Below the pieces are notes generated by a model. The model was not told the origin of the DNA and did no database searches. It was given only the letters and a program-made list of their open reading frames with translations. Both the position numbers and the translations under genes were made by a program. DNA of 63,886 nucleotides, counting the filler, from Basidiobolus ranarum (lineage: Eukaryota), in assembly GCA_040143965.1 (NCBI GenBank). It is 30 parts of 30 records of this genome, joined end to end, with 100 filler letters (N's around TTAATTAATTAA, not from the genome) between each part and the next. Parts side by side here need not be neighbours in the genome. Positions count along the whole stretch, not along the records: positions 23,527 to 25,561 come from JASJQH010010759.1; positions 25,662 to 27,695 come from JASJQH010010760.1; positions 27,796 to 29,828 come from JASJQH010010761.1; positions 29,929 to 31,961 come from JASJQH010010762.1; positions 32,062 to 34,094 come from JASJQH010010763.1; positions 34,195 to 36,226 come from JASJQH010010764.1; 24 more parts are not named here. One strand, written 5' to 3'. Position 1 is the stretch's first letter. The number at the start of each line of letters is the position of its first letter. Below, in pieces: positions 24,028 to 36,326 of the stretch.

Positions 24028-25561
24028 CCCTAACAGAAATTTGATGATTGTTATTGTAGGAAACCTATCAGAATTTTAATACAATTTGGAATGACCATTT
24101 ACTTACCATCAAAAAATTGTCAAGTTAGATTTGATATTAATCAATTTTTTCAGTTTCAGGAGTGAAATTTCAAGATCTCCCAAAATAGTTGCACATGATT
24201 GGCTACAATCTTGGGAAACTATGGATCAACTCACATGCAAAAAATGTAACTCAAATTTTATACATTTACCACTTGAATGCTAAATTGTCATCTTCAAAAT
24301 TCTTAGTTTCTTTGATATATTCACTTGAATATTTTTGTAGAGTTCTTCATACCTAAAGTTTAGCTCATATGCAATGTGAGTTTATATCAATATCTCCATC
24401 AAAGCACAACACTGTATTAACATTGCTGAATCAACATTCTTCCACCTATCTGGTGGATACCCTGCATTATTGTGCCACTCCATATTAAGTTCTTCCAGAT
24501 CACTGCATGGTCAACACCAGACTGAATGTCAAGTTGAATGTTCTTCTGAAGCCACTTTCTACATACTTGCACTGAATTTTTCCCTTCATACTCTTCAAAT
24601 ACTCCTCAAACACTTTTACTATTGTCATATATCCTTGTAGTGTGACACTCCTGAGGGTGCTTTGCAGTGTTTGCATGGCTTTTTGCTAGCCTTTAAGTTT
24701 GAGGCTAATTTCAACAATTTAAAAAGTACCAGTTGATGATGGAGAGCCATGAGTTCTATTTGCTGATGTTTTGGCTTGTTGAGAGGTGACAGGTGTTGGA
24801 TAAACTTCCATATTTAACACTCTTCCAACCAGTGTACCTGGATTATGGTAAAATTAATCTTTTTTGCCAGTGTATCTGACTCTGGAAATCCATATCTCTG
24901 TAAGGGTGTAAAGAATTTATTAAGTGGGACAGTAGAGCCTAAGCTCACTGGCTTCTTTGCTTTTACCTTGGGTTTACTAACTTCCTGCTGCTTTGAGTAC
25001 TTCTTTAGCTGCTATTCATTCTGTTCCAAGTTGCTAATTGCATGCATTTTAGAGAAATTTCATAAATAGGCCTATATTAGCCCAGTTGCCATTTGCTCGC
25101 AAAAATGCAGGATAAGACACATGAAAAAAGTCAAGAAACTTTAGAATAACACCTGGTTTTTGGTTTTTCCACAATTGGCTCAAATCAAGATGATATCAGG
25201 CAAGGTTTCACACAGTTTCTAAAACGTTAAATCACTCATCATCAGAGCAAGTGACAGCAGCTCTGACCTTTGGAGTCTTTTGGTTTGCTGATTTTCCTAT
25301 GAGATTTCTACTTTCATGTGACCATGCAATCTGGGGTTGTTATATAGGCTTAATGGTCTGACACATGTTCTGCTCTGCTAGATTGTCACAGTGACATTCA
25401 TACGTATGGTGAGTAACTAATTAAAATCCCATAAGAGATTGGATGGAGGAAGCAGCATGTTGCTGTAGCTCAAGTACAGCATTCTGAAGGTCTTGTATCA
25501 TTGTTGAGTGACTCTCTAACTGTTGACTAGTTGCTTCCAAACGCTGCATTAATTGCAATAT
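24028..25561 (-). mobile_element. CCCTAACAG (type L) terminus plus degenerate ORF2
   Basis: Collinear with 1090-2042 and extends further upstream to a coiled-coil-like segment (LMQRLEATSQQLESHSTMIQDLQNAVLELQQH). Confidence 0.78.
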
Positions 25562-25661
25562 NNNNNNNNNNNNNNNNNNNNNNNNNNNNNNNNNNNNNNN
25601 NNNNNTTAATTAATTAANNNNNNNNNNNNNNNNNNNNNNNNNNNNNNNNNNNNNNNNNNNN

Positions 25662-26269
25662 ATACAAAAATAGTCAAAGTGCTTGAGGAGTATTTTCAAA
25701 AGTGTGAAGGGAAAAATGCAGTGGAAGTATGCAGAAAGTGGCTTCAGAAGATCAATATTCAACTTGACATTCAGTCTGGTGTTGACCATGCAGAAATCTG
25801 GGAAGAACTTAATGCAGAGTGGCACAACATTGCAGGGTATCAGCCAGATATCTGGAAAAATGTTAATTCAGCAACATTAATACAATGGTGGGCTTTGATG
25901 GAGATATTGATACAAACTTGTGTTGGGTAAGAGCTAAACCTTGGGTATGAAGAACTCTATGAAAATACTCAGAAGAATATATTAAAGAGACTAGGGAATT
26001 TGAAGGTGACAAATTAGCATTCAAGTGGTAAATGTGTAAAATTCAAGTTATGTTTTTTGGACATGCATTGATCCATAGTTTGCTGAGATTGTAGCCAATC
26101 ATGTGCAACTATTTTGCAAGATCTTGAAGTTTCACGCCTGACACTGAAAAAGTTGATTAAAATTAAATCTAAGTTGTCAATTTTATGATGATAAGTAAAT
26201 GTTCAATCCCAAATGGGTTAAAATTGTGACGGTTTTCCTATGGTTACAATCCTCAATTTTCTGGTAGAG
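25662..26269 (+). mobile_element. ORF2 3' end plus type L terminus
   Basis: ORF 25679-25930 matches ORF 1407-2012. Ends CCTCAATTTTCTGGTAGAGG, a diverged terminus. Confidence 0.75.
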
Positions 26270-27695
26270 GTTCCTTGGGCTGCCTGGCATGGTTGAGTTT
26301 TGTTTTTGGACCAAAGTGTTGAGTATAGGTTCTTTTGCTGTCTAGTTGGAGTATATGGGCATGCTTCAATAGCCATCATCTTGGCAATATAGTGCAGCTT
26401 CCTAAGGTCAGACACTATATCATTTTGTGAATCAGCCAAGGATGGGGTTTTAACCTGAGTCAGAGCCTTTGTTCTGGCTTGCTTATATCATTGCACATTC
26501 TTCATGTGCTTCATAACAAGACCAATGTTTGCCCAGAATTCATTACCTGGAGAAATCCATCATTAGCAACATAAAAACACAACAAACCAGGAAAAGTAAT
26601 GTGAAAGTGGTACCTTGATCACTGTGCAACTCCTGGTCTCTGCTCATTCCAGCTTTTTTGGTAGTCAAGACAGCCTCTGGCAAGATTTTTGCAAGCTTCC
26701 TGGATGGGTGCACACTCATCATCAGAACCTTTAACTCTGTCTCTGATTTTCAGCATTTTTTGTTTCAATGGTTTTCCAAAATGTAATCTGCTATCATTTA
26801 CCCATGCTATTGCTGGCTGTTGAAGTAGTTTGCTAAGCATACCAAAGTTTTGTTCCATTAGATGCTCATGATATATTTGAAATAATGGGCATGGTAATGA
26901 CTGAAAGCCAGTCAATGATCTTATGTACAGTGCCATCTGACCTTCAATCACTGCCAATCTGATAGCCATATCTGTGAATATACTATCTAGAGTATCCACT
27001 CTTTCCTCTATTATTCTCTTGTTATTGTGCATTGCTTGTACCACATGCATTACTTGGGTCAAGGCATGTGCCACAATTTCATTATTTTTTTCCACTAAGG
27101 TTGATTACAGTGTATTGGCCTTTGGTAGCACTAGAGATGCATGCATATCTTTTAGTATATGACATATCTGAGGGCACTGTAGGAATTCAACACCCTGTGG
27201 TAGTGAACCAGATGCCTTTCATCCTGTGTGAGAATGGATGGAGAGAGCAGCATGTTGCTGAGAGCTCAAGTACAGCATTCTTAAGGTCTTGTATCATGGT
27301 GGAGTGACTCTCCAAATGTTGACCAGTTGCTTCACAACACTGCATTTATTGCATTATTGTGGTGTTCTTACTTGTGCTGGCCAATATAGCAACTTTGCAG
27401 CTTTTACTTATGATTGCTTACAAATCATTATGGTGTTCTGCCTGAGACCTCCTTGTTGTAATAATTGCATCCAAATTGTCTATGGAAGGGAGTTTGATAG
27501 TTAGCAAAGTAGACATTTTGGCAGTTGATGGTTATGACAGTGTTGCTCTGAACTTTGCTAAACTATTGATTTACTTCATAATTGGGGGATTATGATCTCT
27601 TCACTTGCACTATTGGAAGAAAGGAACACACCTGGTTAATTGATTAATGCTACATCATTACTTGAGTTAGTTTCAAGCATGTTAATGCCTTCCAA
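26270..27695 (-). pseudogene. Degenerate TE-associated ORF related to ORF2
   Basis: 27235-27355 is clearly homologous to 25440-25560. The region is CpG-depleted and contains a 158-aa ORF (26619-27095) with no domain I recognise. Confidence 0.5.
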
Positions 27696-27795
27696 NNNNN
27701 NNNNNNNNNNNNNNNNNNNNNNNNNNNNNNNNNNNNNNNTTAATTAATTAANNNNNNNNNNNNNNNNNNNNNNNNNNNNNNNNNNNNNNNNNNNN

Positions 27796-28375
27796 CAGGA
27801 TTGCAGCACAAAACTGCAGTAAAACAAATATTCAGGTATTTAAGATGACCTGTAGAACCAGGGCTGGCATCCTCTGCCACTCCTGATGCACAAAATGTTG
27901 AATGCCCCAGTGATGAAGACTGGGTAAGAAGCCCTGATGATAGAAGATCAACAACTGGGTACACTTTTCTCTATGGTTATGGAGCCATAACTTGGACTCC
28001 TAAGAAGCAACCAACCATGGCACATTCTGCCACAGAAGCAGAGTATATGGCTACCTCTGCTACTACAAAAGAAGCTATGTGGTAAAGAAAGTTTTTTACA
28101 GACTTAGGATACATAAAAAAATGTGCTATTACTGTATTTGAAGATAACCAAAGTTATACTTCATTAACTAAAAGCCCAACATTTCATGCTAGAGCAAAAT
28201 ATATAGATATTTGGCAGCATTTTGTAAGTGAGGCAATAGTGTTTGATATAATTGAACTTGTCTGTTGCCCTGCTGAAGAAATGATAACTGACATCTTAAC
28301 CAAACCTTTAGCTAAAGTACAATTTGAATGACTTAGATATAAGCTAGGTTTAAGAGAAATACAGAATAATTAGCT
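27796..28375 (+). pseudogene. Copia family C RT end and RNase H
   Basis: DRRSTTGYTF, ITWTPKKQPTMAHSATEAEYMA, FEDNQ, HARAKYIDI and TDILTKPL. Confidence 0.93.
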
Positions 28376-28384
28376 GAATGCAAA

Positions 28385-28735
28385 TGTTGAATTTAGATAA
28401 ATAGCAATTTATTGTTTAGTAGTTAGTTTATTCATACTCTGCTTATTTAGCACTCAATTCTGCCATTCAAAGACATGTGTTTATTGCTCTAATTGATAGA
28501 AATAGCGATAGATCACTTTTACCAATTTTCACTATTTTCTCAAAACTTCTCCAAATCACCTCAAATTCTCACCCATGCTTAACAGGCATGTTTGTTATGA
28601 CCTAAGCATGTCCAGTAGTTTTATTTTATAGTAAGCTATAAATAGGACATATTTGATTAAATACAGCTTAAGTGTCTAACTCACAAATCCAAATCCTGTT
28701 CAAAACACTTCCAAATCCCCTAAACACTTTTATAA
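28385..28735 (+). repeat. Copia family C 3' LTR
   Basis: Starts TGTTGAATTTAG just after RNase H and matches 19984-20335. Confidence 0.88.
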
Positions 28736-29828
28736 AATTCCATGTTTGGGATGAAAACTAGCAGAGTCTTTAGAGCAGTTTTCTCCACCATTATTGCTCC
28801 TTAGTACCCTTTTTTTGTGCTGATTCTTTCTGTACCATTGCTTTGTAATGCTTGTATGTAGCTAAGGCTCTGGGTTTTGATTTGAGAAAGATTACCAAAG
28901 TATAGCTTGTTTTGTCATCAATATGGTCATAGAGTCCCTTTTCCTGCTAGTGAGAGGTTTTTTATGGGCCCACATAGGTCAAAATGAATCAGGGCATAAT
29001 TCTGAGTTAACTTGATCTCTCCTGAGTTTGAAAATGGCTGTCTGTGATGTTTTGCATATTTGCAACCTTTGCACAGATCAAACTTTGTGATATGTTCAAT
29101 TTCTAAGCCTGAAATAAGCTGATACCCAATCATTTAGGTCACTTTTTGTTCTCCAATGTGGCCTAATCTTCTATACCATGTTTGAAAGCTTATTTCACTG
29201 GTTTTGGCCTAGTTTACATGCTCAGAATGCAATTTGTTGATCTCTAGCTTGTATAAGTTTTGGGTTTTGATCCCAGTAGCAAATTTGATGTTATTCTGAT
29301 CTGTGATAGTGCATCCAGCCTAGATGAAAACAAAATTTAGCCCTTGAGCTATTGCTTTGTTTACTGAGAGTAGATTTTTGGCTATTTTTGGTACATAGAG
29401 TACATTGCTCAATTTTGCAGATGTTTTAGCTGAACTTTGGTATAGACTGAGCACAACTGTGCCCCTACTAACTGCATCTAGTGCATGGTCATCACCTAAG
29501 TAGATTTTTCTTGTTTGGATGGGCTTTAAGCTGGAAAACCAATCTTTCTTGTTTGACATCTTTTGGGAAGCTCCTGTATCAATGTACCATGTTTCTGAGT
29601 CTTGTTTAGTGTTAACTGATAGGGCAGACAGAATTAGATGATCCGTATCAATACTTATTTGCTTTGCTTGTTCCAATTTTAGCTTTTTGGCAAAAATTCT
29701 TTTTCTGCAATCTTTGATTAAATGGCCTGGTTTTATGCAATACTTACAGATGAGTGCTTTCCTGTTATGGGAACCAATACTGAGGCCTGTTTGACAATTT
29801 ACAGCTCCAAAAATTGCCAGTTTTGAAA
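28736..29828 (-). pseudogene. Copia zinc knuckle, protease and integrase N-terminal fragment
   Basis: CKYCIKPGHLIKDC, WYIDTGASQ, NVLYVPKIAKNLLSV, CKGCKYAK and LIHFDLCGP. Confidence 0.92.
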
Positions 29829-29956
29829 NNNNNNNNNNNNNNNNNNNNNNNNNNNNNNNNNNNNNNNNNNNNTTAATTAATTAANNNNNNNNNNNNNNNN
29901 NNNNNNNNNNNNNNNNNNNNNNNNNNNNTTTATATGACTATTTAGTTGAGGGAGAG

Positions 29957-30304
29957 TGTTGAAATTAGCATTGCCTAAGCACCTATATAGTTGTATATAG
30001 CTTAGTACTTAGTTATCTTATAATTCACTAAGATATTATCAATTATTCTCAATTGGAATTTACTTAGAATATTGACACCAACTTAGAAGTTCTCAAATAT
30101 TTAGATTTTTCAAACTTGTGCTAGAAGCCCCAAACTTTGCACACATGTTCCTGGGACCTTCCTTAACATATTCTACGTGCTAGTTTGCTTACATCTTGAC
30201 AAAACTATAAATGTGAACTTTCTACTCAATAAATCAATAAGTGAAAACCACCAATTCCTCTAATTCTCCAAACCACTTCCAACAGGCTCCCAAATACTTT
30301 AACA
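29957..30304 (+). repeat. Copia family B 3' LTR (348 bp), preceded by the PPT GAGGGAGAG (29948-29956)
   Basis: TGTTGAA...TTTAACA with the polypurine tract abutting TG. Confidence 0.92.
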
Positions 30305-30517
30305 ACTATTTCATATATCACATATAAGTTAGCTAACATTACTTAGTCCAATATCACTTGGCTGAAAATCAGAACATATATTATATATATATGTGAATAA
30401 TGTGAGAATTAGCAATTCTATATTGGAAATTTAAAACTTGTCCAAATTGCCCCAAAGATAGCTCATTTTACTGCCACAGATATTCTCAACACAACCCCAG
30501 TGTTGGTTTTCTGTATT

Positions 30518-30632
30518 TCCATCAAAATGTATAAATGCTTTATTTCTGGACAATAAACAATTATCTAACAGAGCTATTCACAACTCCACTTTTCTAAAGT
30601 TCCTCCAAATAGCCTATATTTTCCCAATATCA
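30518..30632 (+). repeat. Unclassified dispersed repeat (possibly the 3' part of another LTR)
   Basis: Near-identical to 51232-51343 (GTATAAATGCTTTATTTCTGGACAATAAACAATTATC...TTTTCCCAATAT); contains TATAAA and AATAAA. Confidence 0.55.
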
Positions 30633-31632
30633 TTGACATGCACTTTTGTAATAGCATGTTACCACTTATTTTTAATATTGAGTGCAGTATGTAGGATTCA
30701 GTCTGATTGCATATCAATTTTGTATTGAATACTTTTGCTTCAGCTTCAATGTTCTGCTTGTTTAAGGTGGTTGAATGATCTATTATTGCACATCATGATA
30801 GTGCAATGAAGGCCTACTAAAACCAGAGATATTGCTGGGAATATATACAAGACTTTACAATAAGTCAAGACATGGAGAACCATATAGGCATGAATGGGAG
30901 GAAAAGGGGCCATTCACTTCAACTTCATCTTTGCATAATTTACAACAATTTAGTTATGTTTCAACACTGAACTGAGTTATAGTTGTCTACATAGAGTTAA
31001 ATGATCTAAATACAACATATGAATTGGCTACATGCTGAGAGATAGCTGACAGAATTGTGATATGTTACTTCGGCATGTAACATATCCATGCGGGGAGCAA
31101 GGTACTTCCAAACTCTGTTGTTTTTTATTATGCTAAACCATACCTGTAAACTAGCATAGATACAGTTCCCGGTGCCCAATATTGGATATACTCTATTATC
31201 CACTAAGGCTAACCTTGAAATCGTGTGATTCACCTGGGTTGAGGAGTCTGGTATCAAAACCAAAGTAATGCCGAGGCTTAGTAGACTTCCCGGTGGCTTG
31301 CTACATCTGATGCGGGTATTTAGCTCTGTAGGCAATTCAACGCCCTGTTCCTTAGTAGACCAATTGCTTGGAAATGCTCTCAGCAGTTGGGCAAACATTT
31401 GCTATTAGTTAGTAAGTACTTTGAGTCATTGTTCTAATCAATTTACTGTCACTTCTACATATACAGTGGACATGTTCCCTGTTACCACTTGGTTTGTTTT
31501 TGTTTTGGCCGTTTACAATCATATAATGTACTGTCTAAAAGTGTTTTCCAAGATTCAGGTTATACCTCTAATGGAGAGGAATTTATTCTAAAAGCAACAT
31601 TGGTTGTGGGTATCTAAAGGGTAGTATTTCAT

Positions 31633-31959
31633 CTAATATTTGCCATGACCACCGCCATATTTTTTATCACCATAATCATCGCCACCACCTCCACCGTACT
31701 TCTTACCTCTTCCACGCTTGTAGTCACTTCCGTCCCCATGCCCATCATACTCATCATCGTAATCGCCTCCACCACCGCCATGTTTTTTTCCTCTTCCACC
31801 ATCACCATGCCCATCGTATTCATCATCGTCATAGTCATCACCACCACCGCCGCTGCTGTATTTCCTTCCTCTTCCCCCTCCATGCTTGTAGTCACCTCCG
31901 TCCCCATGTCCATCCTATTCATCATCATAGTCATCGCCATCACCATTACCGCCAGACTT
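31633..31959 (-). CDS. C-terminus of a Gly/Asp/Tyr/His/Lys-rich repeat protein with one in-frame TAG (possible pseudogene)
   Basis: A frame absent from the ORF track reads KSGGNGDGDDYDDE*DGHGDGGDYKHGGGRGRKYSSGGGGDDYDDDEYDGHGDGGRGKKHGGGGGDYDDEYDGHGDGSDYKRGRGKKYGGGGGDDYGDKKYGGGHGKY*. Confidence 0.72.
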
Positions 31960-32061
31960 TTNNNNNNNNNNNNNNNNNNNNNNNNNNNNNNNNNNNNNNN
32001 NNNNNTTAATTAATTAANNNNNNNNNNNNNNNNNNNNNNNNNNNNNNNNNNNNNNNNNNNN

Positions 32062-32924
32062 CCGTACATCAGCAGAGTCATTTCCTGATTTAGAGGTTGC
32101 CATAAGTACATAGTGTTCATTTCCTTGTTGATGGTGTAATATGCTTCCTTTTTCTCTGAAACCCGTTTCTTCTTTGATCTGCAGTACCATGCTTTATGTC
32201 CCAGTTTTCCACATTTGTAACGTTTCACAGTGCCCCTTTCTGGTTGGCTATTTTGTGAATAAGATGCTTGTGTAGTTTTTGTTTCATCTGCAAGCTGACT
32301 TTTGTCTTTCCTTTTAAATACTTCTTGACATAGACAAGAGATCAGATAATGCTGAGTAAGCTTATCACCAATTGCTTCCAAAGTTAGTACAAGGTCTGAA
32401 TATGATTCAGGGAGACCATTGATTATGGTAGAATTATATCCCTTTCAGGTACTTCACAATTCACTGATTCCAGTTGTTGGGCAAGTTTCTTGACACCTTT
32501 TACATAAGTCTTGATATCTGAATCCTCAGACATACAAGAGTTTAAGAATTTTCTCTGTAGCATCATCAAGTGAGCAAGCCCTTTTTGCTCATGGTGTTCC
32601 ACTAGGATTTCCCAAGCATTCTTGGCAGAGTCAGCATCTCTGACTAGCATAAGTTGTGGTAATCCCAGTCTTAGACATATTTCCCTAAATGCCAATCTGT
32701 CTTTTTCTTTGAAGGCTGCCCTGGCTTCTTTATGTGTTGGGTTCTTTGTTTCAGTGTCAGAATCTGAACTTTCTTCTTCATCTGGTTGAACTACTTCCAA
32801 GACATATTTCCCTTCAAGCACAAGTTGAATCTTGAATTTCCATTCATGGAAATCTTCCCATAGAATGCTGGAATATTAGTAATCTCCTTTTGGGAAGAAG
32901 ACTCTAATTCAATTGCTGCTACCA
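32062..32924 (-). pseudogene. Copia family A gag with zinc knuckle; PBS TGGTAGCAGC at 32915-32924
   Basis: SAKNAWEILVEHHEQKG...LQRKF and YKCGKLGHKAWYC. Confidence 0.9.
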
Positions 32925-33241
32925 TGTTGGAGGATCTTGACATAATGGGGGTAGACTTTGAGTATTAGAAGCAACTTATGATAGTGTGTTTTAGTTACTT
33001 TATTTTTAATAGTATATGGTGACTTACATAGTAGAAAAGTAAATCAATTATTTGAGCTATTCAGGAGTTTGTGTAATAAGATATAATGGATAAGTGGGGG
33101 TAATAAGACATACTTGTTTTATTGATATAGAGATATTCCTATTTAGAATATAGAGGCTATAGATACATTGCTTTCTGTTTCTGATATATGAATCATAACT
33201 AAAGTTAACTATGATGTTGAATAAAGATTAATTATCCAACA
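32925..33241 (-). repeat. Copia family A 5' LTR (317 bp)
   Basis: TGTTGGA...TCCAACA termini; matches 44089-44404. Confidence 0.93.
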
Positions 33242-34094
33242 GATTCTGGAGCTTCCAAACATTTCACAAAGTAAAATTTAGGTTTGTGGATTATGAAGAA
33301 ATCCCAATTGGAAAGGTTTTCATGGGAGATGACTGCACATTAGATGCTCTTGGAATGGAACAATTCAAGTCAATTTAACTGGAGCTTCTGAAGAGAAAGT
33401 ATATACTTTTAAGGATGTACTACATGTTCCAGATATTGCCAAGAACTTGACATCAATATGCAAGGCCACTGCAGAAGGGCTAAAATTTGATTTTGATAAG
33501 TCTGGATGTATCATCATTGATCAAAATGGGATTTATTTAGCTTCAGGAGAAAAGGATCTAGACCTATACAAGCTTACATATAATCAAGAGACTATTCAAT
33601 TATGGCATCAGAGATTTGGCCATATTGGATTTGATTATGAGCAAAATGATCAAAAATTTCCTAATTTCTGGAATTCAAATTAGCCCCCAACCAAAATGGA
33701 AATTTGTGAGGGTTATATATATGGAAAACAAGCCAGGCAACTGTTCAAGAGCTCTGGTTCAATCAAATCTGTCAAAAAATTGGATCTAAATCATTCAGAT
33801 ATGTGTGGACATGTGCAAAATTTGTCTTTAGGTGGAAAAAGATATTTAATCACATTTATTCATGATTATACAAGATACACTTGGGTCTACTTTATGGAAG
33901 GAAAGGAAGAAACTCTCTCTATCTTTAGAGATTTTGAAACACTTGTGGAGACTGAAACCAGAGCTAAAATCAAGAAAATACATACTGATAATGGCGAGGA
34001 ATATACTTCATCACTATTTAAGCACTTTTGCAAAGTTCATGGAATTAAGCAAGAAACTTCTGTCCCCTATTCACCTCAACAAAATGGAGTTGCT
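33242..34094 (+). pseudogene. Copia family B protease-integrase fragment
   Basis: Begins at DSGAS and contains LWHQRFGH, HSDMCGHV, HTDNGEEY and PYSPQQNGVA. Collinear with 13969-14853. Confidence 0.93.
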
Positions 34095-34194
34095 NNNNNN
34101 NNNNNNNNNNNNNNNNNNNNNNNNNNNNNNNNNNNNNNTTAATTAATTAANNNNNNNNNNNNNNNNNNNNNNNNNNNNNNNNNNNNNNNNNNNN

Positions 34195-36226
34195 ATAAAA
34201 ACAACTCTACTTCTTGATTCAGGTGCTTCCTCCTGTTTTATTGACTCTGACTTTGTAAAATTGCACTCTATCCTAACAATCAAGAAATCTAGTCCAGTCC
34301 TTGTAGAAGTAATTGATGGAAGGCTACTATTGTCAGGTGCTGTGACTCATGAGACAACCTTTGTGACACTCATTTCCACTGCTCATCAAGAAGAAATAGC
34401 CTTGAATATCATTTCTTCACCTCACCACCCAGTCATCCTTGGTATCTTGTGGTTCATGCAGCGCAATCCAGTAATCAATTGGAAGAAGATTATGACATTC
34501 AAGCAAACTCTGCCTCCTAGTCCATAGTTGCCAACCTGTAAAGTATCTATCTCATCACCAGCCTAACTCCTAAAAACTTCTATGAAGCCAATATCTGCTG
34601 ACATTATTGCTGATGAGCATAAACCAACAAAACCTATGATTCACAAGCTCCCACCTAAACACCAAGCCTTTGCTGATATCTTTGCCAAGAAGAAATCTGA
34701 TACACTCCCAGCTCACTGCCCATATGATTGCCCTATAGATCTTCAGGAAGGAAAACAAGCAATATTTGGACCTACATATGGGCTGACCCAGCCAGAATTC
34801 AACATTCTGAATGAGTACATTGCAGAAAATCTAGAGAAAGGATTCATCCAACATTCAAAGTCCCCAGCAGGCTCCCCAATCTTATTTGTTAAGAAAAAAG
34901 ATGGATCCCTGCATCTCTGTGTTGATTATCACGGCCTAAATGGCGTTAAAGTCAAAAATTGGTACCCCTTGCCATTAATCAACTCACTCTTGGATCAGCT
35001 TGCCTCAGCCAAGGTGTTTAAAAAGATTGATCTAAGAGGTGCTTACAATCTTGTAAGAATCAAACCTGGAGACCAATTGAAAACTGCCTTTCAAACTTGC
35101 TATGGACACTTTGAATACAATGTCATGCCATTTGGACTTACCAATGCTCCTGCAGTCTTTCAACACATGATGAATGACATCTTCAGAGAGTATCTTGAAC
35201 AATTTGTGGTAATCTATCCTGACAATATTTTGGTGTTCTCAAGCTCTCAAGAAGAACATAATATTCATGTTTCCAAAGTCCTTGAAAAGTTGAAAACATC
35301 TGGGCTCTATGCTAAACTTGAGAAATGTGAATTTGATCAAGCTCAAGTTGAATTCCTTGGATATAATATCAGCACATCAGGCATCTCCATGGACCCTAAG
35401 AAGGTTGAATCTGTTCTGTCTTGGGATATTCCCAAGAATGTGAAGGATGTCCAATTGTTCCTTGGATTTGCAAACTTTTATTGCTGGTTTGTCAAGAACT
35501 ACTCCAAAACTTTTGATCCTTAAACTAATCCACAAAGAAAGAACTCCCATTTACCGGAACCAATCTTGCCAACAAGCGTTTGCAACTTTAAAGAGTGCTT
35601 TTACCTCAGCACCAATCCTGGTACATCCCAAGCTAAATAAACCATTTGTTGTTGAAACTGATGCTTCTGACTTTGCTCTAGGAGCAGTACATTCACAGTT
35701 TGATGCTGACAACTCACTGCACCCTGTTGCCTTTTACTCAAGAAAGTTCTCTGCTGCAGAAATAAACTATGACATCTATGACCAGGAACTATTAGCAATT
35801 ATTCCTGCATTTGAACAATGGCAACAATACTTGAATGGAGCAAATCACAAAAGCACGGTTTATTGTGAGCACAAGAATCTTCAGTATTTTAGTACAAACA
35901 AAGTTCTCAACTGTCATCCATCAAGATGGTCATTATTTCTTGCCAGTTTTGATTTTGTGATTATATATTGAGCAGGTAGCCAGCAAGGGAAACCCAATGC
36001 CTTATCAGGTAGAGCAGAATATCAGCCTAAAGAAGGGGATGAAGCCTTTGGCCAACAAAATACTTCCTTGCTGAAGCCCCACCAACTTCAAATTAGTGCA
36101 ACTGCCCTTTCTCTGCCTAGTTCAAGCACATTCCATGAAGACATCCACAAACTTCAATCTGAAGACCCATTGGTAATATCAATCAAGAAAGCCCAGGAAA
36201 CACCCAAAGACCTCTCAAGCTTGAAC
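34195..36226 (+). pseudogene. Ty3/Gypsy pol (protease, RT, RNase H), inactivated
   Basis: LLLDSGASSCFI, KKKDGSLHLCVDY, KIDLRGAYNLVRI, VMPFGLTNAPAVFQ, YPDN in place of YxDD, ETDASDFALGAV and NYDIYDQELLAI. There is a stop near 34525 and a frameshift near 35520. Confidence 0.96.
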
Positions 36227-36326
36227 NNNNNNNNNNNNNNNNNNNNNNNNNNNNNNNNNNNNNNNNNNNNTTAATTAATTAANNNNNNNNNNNNNNNNNN
36301 NNNNNNNNNNNNNNNNNNNNNNNNNN

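Noticed and set aside
31006..31398. 130-aa minus-strand ORF
   Set aside because: No recognisable motif or homolog in the window, so it cannot be supported as a gene.
31629..32013. Listed ORFs 31629-31946 (Met/Val-rich) and 31645-32013 (Ile/Thr-rich)
   Set aside because: They are shadow frames of the Gly/Asp/Tyr repeat, whose variation is largely synonymous only in the third minus-strand frame.
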